Assembly: GCA_035516255.1 (NCBI GenBank)
Contig: DATJAL010000018.1
Location: forward strand, 22,992-86,991
Direction of reading: 5' to 3'
Source: Chitinivibrionales bacterium
GTDB lineage: Bacteria > Fibrobacterota > Chitinivibrionia > Chitinivibrionales > FEN-1185
DNA: 64,000 bases
The notes beneath the pieces were generated by a model. The model saw nothing but the letters and a program-made list of their open reading frames with translations. It was not told the origin of the DNA and did not search any database. The number at the start of each line of letters is the position of its first letter. The stretch's first letter is position 1. Made by a program: the position numbers and the translations under genes. Shown here piece after piece: positions 29,483 through 38,609 of this stretch.

Positions 29483-29670
29483 TGGGCCTCATCTGGTAAA
29501 CAGCCTATTCTTGTTTTGAAAATTTTAAGGAGTAACGGATAAATGCGGATCAGTCGTGTCCGGCGAAAATTTCAAAAAGCACCTGTCAAGTTTCTTTTCT
29601 CGTATCCCCCCCTTCGGGGGGATTTTAAGGGGGGCTTATAACAGCATAAAATCAGCTGGACCAAACCCCG

Positions 29671-31383
29671 CTATTCAGTAAATCCCTTTGGCAGCTCTTC
29701 CCCGGAAGAAGGAATGGCGTTCTGCGGTTTGGGCGTGGCCTGGTTTTCCGAGCCGCGGGATTTGACCGTGCCTCCTGCCTCGCCGCCCGATCCCATGGTC
29801 TCGGCGCTGATCTGGTTTTCGGCGGCAGATTCCTTGATCTCCCGGAGGACTTTCCTTTTCTCCGTGATGTAAGAACCGTTCTTTTTTCTGTCTTCACCGA
29901 TTGAATACACTTCGATCGCGGCCCGGCCGTACACCGGGCAAGCTTTTTCGCAATATCCGCAGCCGATGCACTTGTCGTCCATCACGAACGGTCGCTTGAA
30001 CGGCCCCTTGAAATTGTCCACCACCATGGAGTCGATCGCATGGATGGGGCAGATTTCGGCGCAGATGAGGCAGAGCTTTTCCTGCTCCCACGCTATGCAG
30101 CGGTGGCGGTCGATCACGGCGGTGCCGAGCTTGACAAACTGTTTTTCGGGAAGGGGCAGGGCGCGGATGGCCTGCGTGGGGCACACGTGACCGCACATGT
30201 TGCATTTGTCCTCGCACGGGCCCTTGCGCGGCACCAGGTGCGGCGTCCACAGGCCGTCGAACCCGCATTCGAGGTCGGCGGGCTGGAGGCCGTTGGTCTT
30301 GCAGGTCTTCATGCATTCGCCGCAGCGAATGCAGCGCGCAAGGAACTCGTGTTCGGGCAGGGAGCCGGGCGGCCGGATGAAACGGCCGTTGATGTTGCGC
30401 GGGGCGTTGAGGCCGGCTTTTGCCGTGGCGGCCAGCACAAGGCCGGCGAACGCGGACTGGATGAACCCGCGGCGCTCGATGCTGAGCGAGGCGTTCCCCG
30501 TTCCGGCGCCGAATGAGGCAAACCCAACGGTAATGGCGTTTTTCTTGCATCCGTCAATGCAGTCGCCGCACAGCACGCATTCGGACAGCACGGTGTGCCG
30601 CGGGTTGAGGTCAACGGCGCGCATGTCGCATTTCGCGGCGCAGACCTTGCAATCAATGCACCGCTCATCGTTCACCTTGCGTTTGATGATGCCGAAACGG
30701 GAGAACAGCGATAGGAACGCACCCGTGGGGCACACGTACCTGCACCAGAAGCGCTTGCGCCAGAAATTCGCCGCAATGATCGCGGCAAGGAACACAAATG
30801 AGGCCACGCCTGTTGAGAAAAAATACCGGTGGAAACTGAACTGGGTAAAGGAGTCGAACCCCATGGCAAGCAGCATGGGGCGGACAAGATCAATCGCGCC
30901 GTTGAAGAGCCATATCATGGGAGGATACAGTACCAAGGCAAAGGACCGCGGCGCAATGGACATGGGGCTCAAGAAAGCGAGGAGGTTCGCGCCCAGCAGG
31001 GAGCTGAACAGGACGCCGATGAGGACGTAATATTTTATCCTCCGGTTGGGCTTGGGTTCAACGGACTCCTTTTTGTGTTTTTTTCCGTGAATGAGAAAAT
31101 CCGAAACGTCAATGAGGGTGCCAAGCGGGCACACGTAGCCGCAGAAAAACCTGCCCAACACGATGGTGAGAACGAGCAGCACCCCGGCCCACAGCATGGT
31201 GGCGATCACTGCGCGCGAACCGATCATGGCAACGGTCGCCACGAGCGGATCGAGCCGCAAAAAGGCGTCCACCGGAAATTTCGCGGCATAGGGGTACATG
31301 GTGAAAATAAACAGCAGAATGAAAATGCCGAAGAAAACGGCTTGCGTGACGCGGCGGAAGGTCGAGAGTTTCATGGATTTCAA
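29671..31383 (-). CDS. membrane polyferredoxin, NapH-like N-terminal half fused to NapG/MauM-like tetra-cluster half
   Basis: Hydrophobic helices carry two CX3CP motifs (CGYVCP, CRYVCP). Ferredoxin motifs: CIDCKVCAAKC, CVLCGDCIDGC. Internal ERRGFIQSAFAGLVLAATA, then CIRCGECMKTC, CEDKCNMCGHVCP, CLICAEICP, CIGCGYCEKACP. Low-complexity C-terminal tail. Confidence 0.85.
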   Translation of the reverse strand: MKSMKLSTFRRVTQAVFFGIFILLFIFTMYPYAAKFPVDAFLRLDPLVATVAMIGSRAVIATMLWAGVLLVLTIVLGRFFCGYVCPLGTLIDVSDFLIHGKKHKKESVEPKPNRRIKYYVLIGVLFSSLLGANLLAFLSPMSIAPRSFALVLYPPMIWLFNGAIDLVRPMLLAMGFDSFTQFSFHRYFFSTGVASFVFLAAIIAANFWRKRFWCRYVCPTGAFLSLFSRFGIIKRKVNDERCIDCKVCAAKCDMRAVDLNPRHTVLSECVLCGDCIDGCKKNAITVGFASFGAGTGNASLSIERRGFIQSAFAGLVLAATAKAGLNAPRNINGRFIRPPGSLPEHEFLARCIRCGECMKTCKTNGLQPADLECGFDGLWTPHLVPRKGPCEDKCNMCGHVCPTQAIRALPLPEKQFVKLGTAVIDRHRCIAWEQEKLCLICAEICPIHAIDSMVVDNFKGPFKRPFVMDDKCIGCGYCEKACPVYGRAAIEVYSIGEDRKKNGSYITEKRKVLREIKESAAENQISAETMGSGGEAGGTVKSRGSENQATPKPQNAIPSSGEELPKGFTE

Positions 31384-31585
31384 AACCTATTATTTGATGA
31401 ATAAAATGTAAAATGTGATTCTACGCTAAATTTTTATAATCTACAATCAAAGAAATCAATTCTCTCCCGGGAGCGTTGCGGGGTGGAACCCCCGCTGAGA
31501 GGGGTGCGGGTGCACTTGGCAAAAGACATAGCAACATGGTGCGAAGCACCGATACATTACCAAGGTGAATAAAAATGACAGATCA

Positions 31586-31615
31586 CCTCCCGCCTTTTTG
31601 TTTTTTGGCGGGAGG
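31586..31615 (-). terminator. hairpin between the DUF362 gene and the polyferredoxin gene
   Basis: CCTCCCGCC-(12 nt T-rich loop)-GGCGGGAGG, 9-bp perfect stem, 56 nt downstream of the 31671 stop. The U-rich stretch is not immediately adjacent. Confidence 0.4.
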
Positions 31616-31670
31616 AAGCTGCACCCCAGGGGAGATACTTTTCCCCACCAGGAAATTTTTATTTTTGAAT

Positions 31671-32576
31671 TTATACTATCTTCACGTCCATTTTTTCCAC
31701 GTCGATTTCGCCGAGACCCATGGCGTAGGCGTTCTTAATGTGCTTGACCTGGTTGCCCTTGAATTCCTTGTTGTACCAGCGTGCAATGCCCACGGTGTAG
31801 GAATCCGCGGCAACCGGGTCTGCGCTTGCCACTACCGTATTGAGCTCGTCGGTTTTTCCCGGGCCGCTCGGACCGTTGGTGACCAGCGCGTATACGGCGT
31901 TGACAATAGTTAACGTCGGCTTGATAACGAGCAAAAGGTCGGCAATGGCCTGGTTGAGCTCCACCTGCTCGTGCATGAACTGGCGGTCCCACACCAATCC
32001 CATGAGGTTTTTGATGCCCAGGCTCACGCCGGTTGCGTCATGCGATTTTGCCGTGGGAACGTTGATGAGGCAGTTCGCGCGCAGCACCTCCTTGGCAATG
32101 GCCGTGGTCTTGAGCTGCTTGCCGTTCGGAATGGGGGTGTCCTGGTAGAACTTCTGGTCTTCGAGAAGCGCCACCACCACGCCTTTGAGGCTTTCAACCG
32201 CTGCTCCGATGCCGCTTTTTTCCTTGCAGACTTTCCCGTCGCGCAGGGGATGGTCGATCACGATCACGCGCTGCGCTCCCGCGTCGAGGCAGAGCTGGGC
32301 GGTTGCCTTGACGATTTCCGGGTGCGTGGTAGTACCCCATTCGGGCGGGTTGGGGAAGCCCATGTTGGCCTTGAGCACCACGCGGTCGCCCAGTTTCACG
32401 AATTTCTTCATTCCGCCGAGCGCATCGACCGCTTTCTTCACCAGCTCTTCGGGCTTGCCCTTTGCAACCGCGACAAGCGGCTTTTTATTGTCTTGGGCCA
32501 GCACGGGAACAGACGCCAATGCGGCGCCCGCGGCTGCCGCGCTTCCTGTTTTGAGAAAATCTCTGCGCGATATCAC
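31671..32576 (-). CDS. Tat-signal DUF362 domain protein
   Basis: MISRRDFLKTGSAAAAGAALA (twin-arginine). DRVVLKANMGFPNPPEWGTTTHPEIV...RVIVIDH...CLINVPTAKSHDATGVSLGIKNLMG...ADPVAADSY is the canonical DUF362 layout. Confidence 0.85.
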   Translation of the reverse strand: MISRRDFLKTGSAAAAGAALASVPVLAQDNKKPLVAVAKGKPEELVKKAVDALGGMKKFVKLGDRVVLKANMGFPNPPEWGTTTHPEIVKATAQLCLDAGAQRVIVIDHPLRDGKVCKEKSGIGAAVESLKGVVVALLEDQKFYQDTPIPNGKQLKTTAIAKEVLRANCLINVPTAKSHDATGVSLGIKNLMGLVWDRQFMHEQVELNQAIADLLLVIKPTLTIVNAVYALVTNGPSGPGKTDELNTVVASADPVAADSYTVGIARWYNKEFKGNQVKHIKNAYAMGLGEIDVEKMDVKIV

Positions 32577-32707
32577 GGTATCACTCCTTGTTTATAAGTA
32601 ATGACGCTTTTTTACCCATGAATTGATAAATATACATCCTTTGACCATACTCAAACTAATCCGACAACACAAGGCGCGAATCAATTGTCAATCAAAATTA
32701 TTATTGC

Positions 32708-33265
32708 TCATTCGACTCCGATTTTCTTGTCAATGTTCCAGTAAAACTGCTTTGCCATGTTGAGCGCGAAGTCGGATTTCTCGGTGGTGGATATCCTGAG
32801 GAATATGCTCTGTTTGGCGTACTGGATGGTGTACGAGGTTGCCTGGGAAAGGTCCACCACGACGATGGGGTTCTTCGTGCTTATCAGATCGGGCGAGGTG
32901 GGGTAGAAGAAGTTGAAAAGGTCAAGCGCGTTTTGCTCGGTGCCCTGATTGAAAATCGCCACGTTGATGTCGATGCTGCCGTTGCTGTACAGCTGCACCA
33001 CGCCCTCCTGGAACCCGTAGGTGATGTAAGTCTGCGCCGCGCCGTCGATGGCGGCATAAATCGACTGCTCGTCGGTCATGGTGGAGACGCTGCCTTTCTT
33101 GACAAATCCGCTTATGTCGTTGTCGATGGGCAGATAGTCGGCCGGGTCGGCCCCTGCGCCGGGATCCTTGCTGATGCGGCATTGGGAGAGAAATATCAGT
33201 GGAAGCGCAATTATTGCGATACGGTAAACGGGAGATCTGAAACTTGTAAAGCCAAACGCGTTCAT
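32708..33265 (-). CDS. small lipoprotein, paralog family member C (divergent)
   Basis: Lipobox-like LIFLSQC. ISGFV...IYAAIDGAAQTY matches the family motif. The start overlaps the upstream stop (ATGA at 33262-33265). Confidence 0.6.
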   Translation of the reverse strand: MNAFGFTSFRSPVYRIAIIALPLIFLSQCRISKDPGAGADPADYLPIDNDISGFVKKGSVSTMTDEQSIYAAIDGAAQTYITYGFQEGVVQLYSNGSIDINVAIFNQGTEQNALDLFNFFYPTSPDLISTKNPIVVVDLSQATSYTIQYAKQSIFLRISTTEKSDFALNMAKQFYWNIDKKIGVE

Positions 33266-34752
33266 ACGAGGGAAACCTTCCCCGAAACGAAATTGGTGGA
33301 TCCAAGATTGTATTGAATGGCGGCATCCAAGATGTGCCGCGCATCGGACTGATTCGGGTTAGTGCTTTGCGTCCAGGAGATTTCCGGAAGGGTGGGCGCG
33401 TATTTGGCCCGTAATGCATTAATTGTTTTCAAAGCCCATGTATCTATCGCCACCGGATCAGTGCCTACGACAATAGAATTTGGTTGGCATGTGGGCGGCC
33501 CGTCTGGCCCTCCCGAAAAGCATCCCTGGAGCGCGTCTCCGACAATGAGAGCAAGCTTGGATGCGCCGGTTCTTGCATTCGGTATTGCTCTAACGGCTTG
33601 ATACAGGGCAGGGATCGACGGACTGCACATCGTGTCATGGAGCGTCGCCGGGCCGTTCCAAATGTCGGTAATGCCGTAAAGGTTCTTCATCGAGAATGAT
33701 ATTCCGGACTGCGCATGATCCTTGAGCACCGGAACGTTGATCAGAAAGTCAACGGCTTCGAATATGGCGGTTAGCCTTTTGTCTGTGCCGGCGATGTTGA
33801 CGGTGGATCCCCACAAAGCGGAACCCGGCTCCTGCTGACTTACAGGAACACCATCATTGAGCGTGGTGTTGAAGCTGGCCGACGCGATCCGGCTGGTTCC
33901 TTTCACGTTTCGCAAGGGAAACCCGGCCGCCGCCATCTGAGAGCCCGGAGCCCTGTCGTCGAAAATAATGATTTGGTACGCCGGGAACGTTCCGCCAAGC
34001 ATTGCTGTCAAACTGCTTACGATGGCGGTTACAACCTCTGGCCTCGTACTCACATTTGACCCGCCGAGGGTGTTGACTTTGATTCCTATAAGCGAAGATG
34101 CAGTCAACCCCGGGAACAGCGATTCCCACGCGGCCGTTGCGACCGCCGGATCCTGGGTGCTTCCCGAGGGAATTGCGCCGTTGTCAATCTGCATCTGTGC
34201 GACCGCCGCGTCAATCATCGACTTCAACAGGGTCGCCTGAATATTCGGTTTTCCAATGGTGCCCGTGTTGACGGTGGCATTGGTGACAGGATACACATGC
34301 GACGGCTTCTGAATTGGAACAAGCAGACGATCGGACGGCGGGCTTTGGTTTCCCATCTGGCCATTTGGCCCGGTAACGGGACTGGAGTCGACTGCCCTCA
34401 CTGTGTAAGCGCAGGTACTGCCTACGGCAAACCCACTGGCATCCACGAAACCCGGATTGGTTACCTGTGCAAGCAGGGTGTCGTCGCGGTACACATCATA
34501 CGCACGGATTCCAGTCCACAACTTTGCTCCCGTAACATCGGTAAGGGGCCTGTCCCAGGTGATCATGACCGAATCGACGGCTCCGGAATCGCTTGTGGCC
34601 AAGTTGTAAGACAAACCTGTCGGCGCGGCCGGCAGCCGGATATCCGGCTCAACGACTGTTCGCTTATCGCAGCTTGCGAGAACGCCTATTCCTGCTGCTG
34701 CCTCAAGCGAATTGATCAGGAACTTCCTTCGGTTGATTTTCTTTGCATTCAT
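33262..34752 (-). CDS. Tat-signal lipoprotein with FN3-like module and DUF362-like domain
   Basis: INRRKFLINSLEAAAGIGVLASC (RR motif plus lipobox). The FN3-like stretch is PTGLSYNL...ITWDRP...YDVYRDD...YTVRAVDS. DUF362 blocks: IGIKVNTLGG, LINVPVLKDHAQSGISFSMKNLYG, TDPVAIDTW. Confidence 0.8.
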   Translation of the reverse strand: MNAKKINRRKFLINSLEAAAGIGVLASCDKRTVVEPDIRLPAAPTGLSYNLATSDSGAVDSVMITWDRPLTDVTGAKLWTGIRAYDVYRDDTLLAQVTNPGFVDASGFAVGSTCAYTVRAVDSSPVTGPNGQMGNQSPPSDRLLVPIQKPSHVYPVTNATVNTGTIGKPNIQATLLKSMIDAAVAQMQIDNGAIPSGSTQDPAVATAAWESLFPGLTASSLIGIKVNTLGGSNVSTRPEVVTAIVSSLTAMLGGTFPAYQIIIFDDRAPGSQMAAAGFPLRNVKGTSRIASASFNTTLNDGVPVSQQEPGSALWGSTVNIAGTDKRLTAIFEAVDFLINVPVLKDHAQSGISFSMKNLYGITDIWNGPATLHDTMCSPSIPALYQAVRAIPNARTGASKLALIVGDALQGCFSGGPDGPPTCQPNSIVVGTDPVAIDTWALKTINALRAKYAPTLPEISWTQSTNPNQSDARHILDAAIQYNLGSTNFVSGKVSLV

Positions 34753-34889
34753 AAGAACCTACCGTTTCTAGAGAACCTGCGAAAAAACACAAATTTACCC
34801 TTTTGGCTTAAATCCTAGATCTTGACCCAATTACATATACGCACAGGTCTCCCTTGTAATTTGGCCTTTTTTCCGCTTTTTCGCTACTA

Positions 34890-37800
34890 TTAGAAGAGCG
34901 CCGTTGCCTTCAGCTCGGCCATGTTATAATTCAATACCTTCTGGTCGAACAAATAGTCCACTTCCAACAGCAAACGTAAGAAGAAATTAGCCCCTGCCTT
35001 CACCTGTATGTCGAGCTTGTTCTGCCATGCCTTGTCATAGCTCCTGAATGAATAATTCGCCCCGTTTGAAAGCATGGCTCCTATATAATATTGAGTTCGC
35101 CATTCCCTGATTACTTTTCCCTGAATGCGCCAGTCGAACAGGATCCCTGGTGTGATGGTGTTGAGATAGCCGGTCACGGTGTCCCTGGTGATATTGGTGC
35201 CAAGGTTGGTGAATGTGGAGTCCAGGTTCTGCCAGAGGATGTCCACCGTGGATTCAGTCCTAAGGTTCGGCACCCACCGTTCGGTCCACTTTATTCTGAA
35301 TTCATCCTGGTAGTTCTTGAGCGCAAACGTGTCGAGCTTTTGCGTGTAATCCGGCATATGTAAGTTGTCGAAAAACATGTTGAAATCGATGTCGAACCTG
35401 GTTTTCCTTTCTCTAAAGGCAAGACGCGCCTCGTTGTACCATTTGAGGCCGTCGTCGGTTGCGAGGGTGAAATTCGTTGAGTTCGTTTTCTCCAGCCTGC
35501 TGTCGAAATGAAGGTCTTGTGAAAAATCAAATATAGGCTTAATAGAGTAAGTTTGATTTAATGTATTCGTTCTTGTTTCGATTGTATCGGGTATTAACTC
35601 CAGGGAATCCCCGTTGGAAAATCCATATCCCAGGTTGAGCTGAAACGGGTTGAGAAACGTCAGGTAGACCCCGGGAACAAGAAGCAGGCTTCCATTTACC
35701 AGGTTCGCGGTTGTTGTTATCCGATCATCCGATGCAATGACGTTTTCCGAGGTTTGCAGCTGGTAATCGCCGTACAGGGTGATACCGGGGATCAGTTCCT
35801 GGGAAAAAAGTTTGAATTCGGGCCGCAATGTGTTCCCTCTATAGTCCATTGCCCCGTTAAGACTATCGCGGCCCTGAAAGATCCTGAAAACGCTCTTGGT
35901 TTCGAGCTGCAATTTTTTAAGGGGAGAAAACCTGATCCAGGCAAAAATATTATGGTCGAGCTTCTGATCGAACCGCGACTGCAGGTCGTAGGTGCCGGGT
36001 GCCGCGCCGGGGACAATGTTCGTGTCAACCGAATCGGTGAGGAGGTTGACGGAATACGAAGCGTCGAGCCATATCCTGTCGAGCACCTTGAAGGTGCGGC
36101 CCCATTCGGTCTCGATGATGCCGTTCCACCGGTCGGACCTCAGGGAATCGCGGTCGCCGCCGGGCAGGGAATCGCGCGTCAGGCGGGTGTAGTTTCTCAT
36201 GTCCTGATGCATGCCGAACAGCCTGAGCGACGGGATGTCCGGCGGCGAGATGAGATACTGCGCATACTCCCTTACCTCGCTGCCGCACGAGGCGTCGGTC
36301 ATATTCGCTCCCACCGTGATGGGCATGTACTGTTTCCAAACGTCCCAAACCAATTCGCCCTGCTCCTGGTGGTTGATCCTTCCGTACACCGAATTCTGGT
36401 CGGCGAGGGTGACGTAGTCGGGCGTCTCGTACATTCCCGAGGCCTTGAGCTTGAGGTTGTGGGCCACGGAGTACAGGTCGAGTTTCGCCGCGGTCCCCTG
36501 TTTTGTCACGAGAATGGAATCGTTGTAGCTCCCCGACACCTCGGGCACGGCCCTAAGATACAGTTTGCTGTCGGCGGATTTCATCTCTATCTTGCTGTTC
36601 ACGCTGCCGGCAAAGTCGCGGTTGTAAACGCTGTCGAGGCCGTTGCGGCTGGGCTCCTTGAACCCCCGGTACGCGCCGTTGACGCCCAGCGCGACCTTGT
36701 CGCTCAGCTCCACGACATTTTCGGCCGCGGCCATCTGGTTGGTGTATACCCCGATGGTGGGCTGGTACTGGCACGAGACCTCGATGCGGGAGTCGGGGTT
36801 GGCCAGCCCCTCGTTCTTGAACGTGAGCAGGCCCATGGTCCGCTCGATGCTGTAGTCGCTCGGGTCGACGAGCTGTCCGTCAACCAGGATCTGCACGCTC
36901 TCGGTGACGATGTTCTCCACGCCGAGCTCGTAGAAGTTGTCTTCACGGAAGGGAATGAGCTTCCTGAAATACTCGGCCTTGCCGAAGCCCGCCCACAGGC
37001 CGGTGTTGACGCGGCGCAGCTTCTTGTCGCCCACGCGGTCGCCGAACTCCGCGCGGACGCCCGCGCCCTCGAGGTAGGTGGGGTTAATGAGCGAGCTGTA
37101 GAAATAGTCGGTCTTCTGGTCGGTGCGCCAGCCGATCCTGCGCAGGTTGTCGTCGCCGAACCCGCGGTATTCGGCGCCGTAACGCAGGTCGCCGAGCGGG
37201 TCGGTGTTGTCGTAGGTGGCGCGCAGCGTGCGGCCGTTGTTCAGGTCGGCGTTGAGGTTGAGGTTGGCCTTTGCCCATCCGTACAAAAAGTCCTTGTAGG
37301 TCGCCACGGTGTCGACGGGCGCGCGCGTGATGGCGCCGCCCGCGGCCGTGTCGTAGGCGTACACGACGGAGTCGAGGTTCTTGTTTGTCAAATAGTTGCC
37401 GATGCTCGTGGCGAGCGGCGCGGGAAACTCGGCCTTGTTTTCGACCTTGTATTCGGCGGTGCCGCGGAGGTTCAGGCTCTGGCCGCCCGGCGCCTCAACG
37501 CCGAGCCCGGTCTCGTCCATGTGCCCCTTCCACTTGGGCTTCTGCCCGCCGCCGGCCACCTTGATCTGGGTGGCGTACCAGAGGTCCTGGTCGGTTTTCA
37601 AATAGGAGAACGTGGTGCCCTTTCTGCACAGCGTGGTCTGGCCCGAGGTGTACACCTCGTCCTGTACGTCGTCGCTGAGGCCGTCCACCGACGTGTAGGT
37701 TTTCCAGAGCCGCTTGTCCTCGTCGAACGAATACACGCCGTCGGACGTGGCAAACCATTCGGTGGTCCCGGAGGTGGAGAGCGAATACACCGTTTTCTTC

Positions 37801-38609
37801 TCGATGGGCATGTTGCGCGAGAAGTTTTCCCAGGTCTGGTTCTTGCCGTTGAACCGCGCCACGCCCTCGGGCGACATCACCCAGATGTACGACGCGTCGA
37901 CGAGCATGTAGTTGACCGCCGAACCCACGATGCCGTTGTTGAGCGGGTAGGAGTTCCATGCCTTCATGGCGATGGAGTAGCGCGAGAAGCCCTTGTCGGT
38001 CTCGGCCCAGATGTAGTCGCTGAAGCTGAAAAGCCTGAACACCGTGTTCGAGATGAGCCCGGTGCCCGCGGTGTAGCTTTCCCATTTCTCGAATTTCTTG
38101 TCAAAGTAGAATACGCCCTGGTCGGTGGCCACCCACAACTGGGCCTGGTTGGAGTATAGGTCGTAGATGCGCTTGCCCGCAAAATCCCCCATGGGCTCCC
38201 ACTGCATCACCAGCTTGTTGAACCGAGCCAGGCCGTGCGGGCCCGCCGCGTACACGTAGTCGAGGTCGGCCACGAGCCTTACCACGGTGTCGGACGGCAT
38301 GCCCTGCTTTGCCGAATAGGGTTTCCAATCGAGGTACCGCATGTCGGCGTAGAGCGCGCCGCGGTTGGTGCCCACCCACAGTTCCTTGTCGTCAAGGCAC
38401 AGGTCGTTCACGGCCTCGGGCCTGATGTTGCCCCATGCCTCGTTTTCGGTCTGGAACCGTTGCAGGCCGAAGTCGGTGCCCCACCATACCGAGTTATCAT
38501 ACTGGAAAAACAGTTGGCGCGGCGGGGGAGTGGCGGCGAAGAGGCCGCACAACATGCCCGCACCCGTGATCAAAAGGATTTTTTTTATGACCGCTGATGA
38601 ATAAGACAT
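34890..38609 (-). CDS. very large envelope protein: N-terminal propeller repeats + long probable outer-membrane beta-barrel
   Basis: ATG 38609 gives the signal-like MSYSSAVIKKILLITGAGMLCGLFAA; the track start is 38693. There are five blades of the type LWVGTNRGALYAD / LWVATDQGVFYFD / IWAETDKGFSRYS / IWVMSPEGVARFN / EWFATSDGVYSFD. About 850 aa of Y/G/N/D/T-rich alternating sequence then end in ...ELKATALF (C-terminal Phe, as in OM barrels). Confidence 0.7.
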   Translation of the reverse strand: MSYSSAVIKKILLITGAGMLCGLFAATPPPRQLFFQYDNSVWWGTDFGLQRFQTENEAWGNIRPEAVNDLCLDDKELWVGTNRGALYADMRYLDWKPYSAKQGMPSDTVVRLVADLDYVYAAGPHGLARFNKLVMQWEPMGDFAGKRIYDLYSNQAQLWVATDQGVFYFDKKFEKWESYTAGTGLISNTVFRLFSFSDYIWAETDKGFSRYSIAMKAWNSYPLNNGIVGSAVNYMLVDASYIWVMSPEGVARFNGKNQTWENFSRNMPIEKKTVYSLSTSGTTEWFATSDGVYSFDEDKRLWKTYTSVDGLSDDVQDEVYTSGQTTLCRKGTTFSYLKTDQDLWYATQIKVAGGGQKPKWKGHMDETGLGVEAPGGQSLNLRGTAEYKVENKAEFPAPLATSIGNYLTNKNLDSVVYAYDTAAGGAITRAPVDTVATYKDFLYGWAKANLNLNADLNNGRTLRATYDNTDPLGDLRYGAEYRGFGDDNLRRIGWRTDQKTDYFYSSLINPTYLEGAGVRAEFGDRVGDKKLRRVNTGLWAGFGKAEYFRKLIPFREDNFYELGVENIVTESVQILVDGQLVDPSDYSIERTMGLLTFKNEGLANPDSRIEVSCQYQPTIGVYTNQMAAAENVVELSDKVALGVNGAYRGFKEPSRNGLDSVYNRDFAGSVNSKIEMKSADSKLYLRAVPEVSGSYNDSILVTKQGTAAKLDLYSVAHNLKLKASGMYETPDYVTLADQNSVYGRINHQEQGELVWDVWKQYMPITVGANMTDASCGSEVREYAQYLISPPDIPSLRLFGMHQDMRNYTRLTRDSLPGGDRDSLRSDRWNGIIETEWGRTFKVLDRIWLDASYSVNLLTDSVDTNIVPGAAPGTYDLQSRFDQKLDHNIFAWIRFSPLKKLQLETKSVFRIFQGRDSLNGAMDYRGNTLRPEFKLFSQELIPGITLYGDYQLQTSENVIASDDRITTTANLVNGSLLLVPGVYLTFLNPFQLNLGYGFSNGDSLELIPDTIETRTNTLNQTYSIKPIFDFSQDLHFDSRLEKTNSTNFTLATDDGLKWYNEARLAFRERKTRFDIDFNMFFDNLHMPDYTQKLDTFALKNYQDEFRIKWTERWVPNLRTESTVDILWQNLDSTFTNLGTNITRDTVTGYLNTITPGILFDWRIQGKVIREWRTQYYIGAMLSNGANYSFRSYDKAWQNKLDIQVKAGANFFLRLLLEVDYLFDQKVLNYNMAELKATALF

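Noticed and set aside
29894-31030. Alternate-frame ORFs within the polyferredoxin gene (29894-30550 -, 30197-31030 +, 30040-30516 +).
   Set aside because: The 570-aa frame carries eight regularly spaced Cys motifs and TM helices. The others have arginine- and proline-rich junk composition.
35754-38159. 801-aa plus-strand ORF inside the giant OM-protein gene.
   Set aside because: Monotonous V/G/A/R/H/L composition, with no signal peptide or motif. The opposite strand encodes coherent propeller repeats and barrel-like sequence. Shadow ORF.
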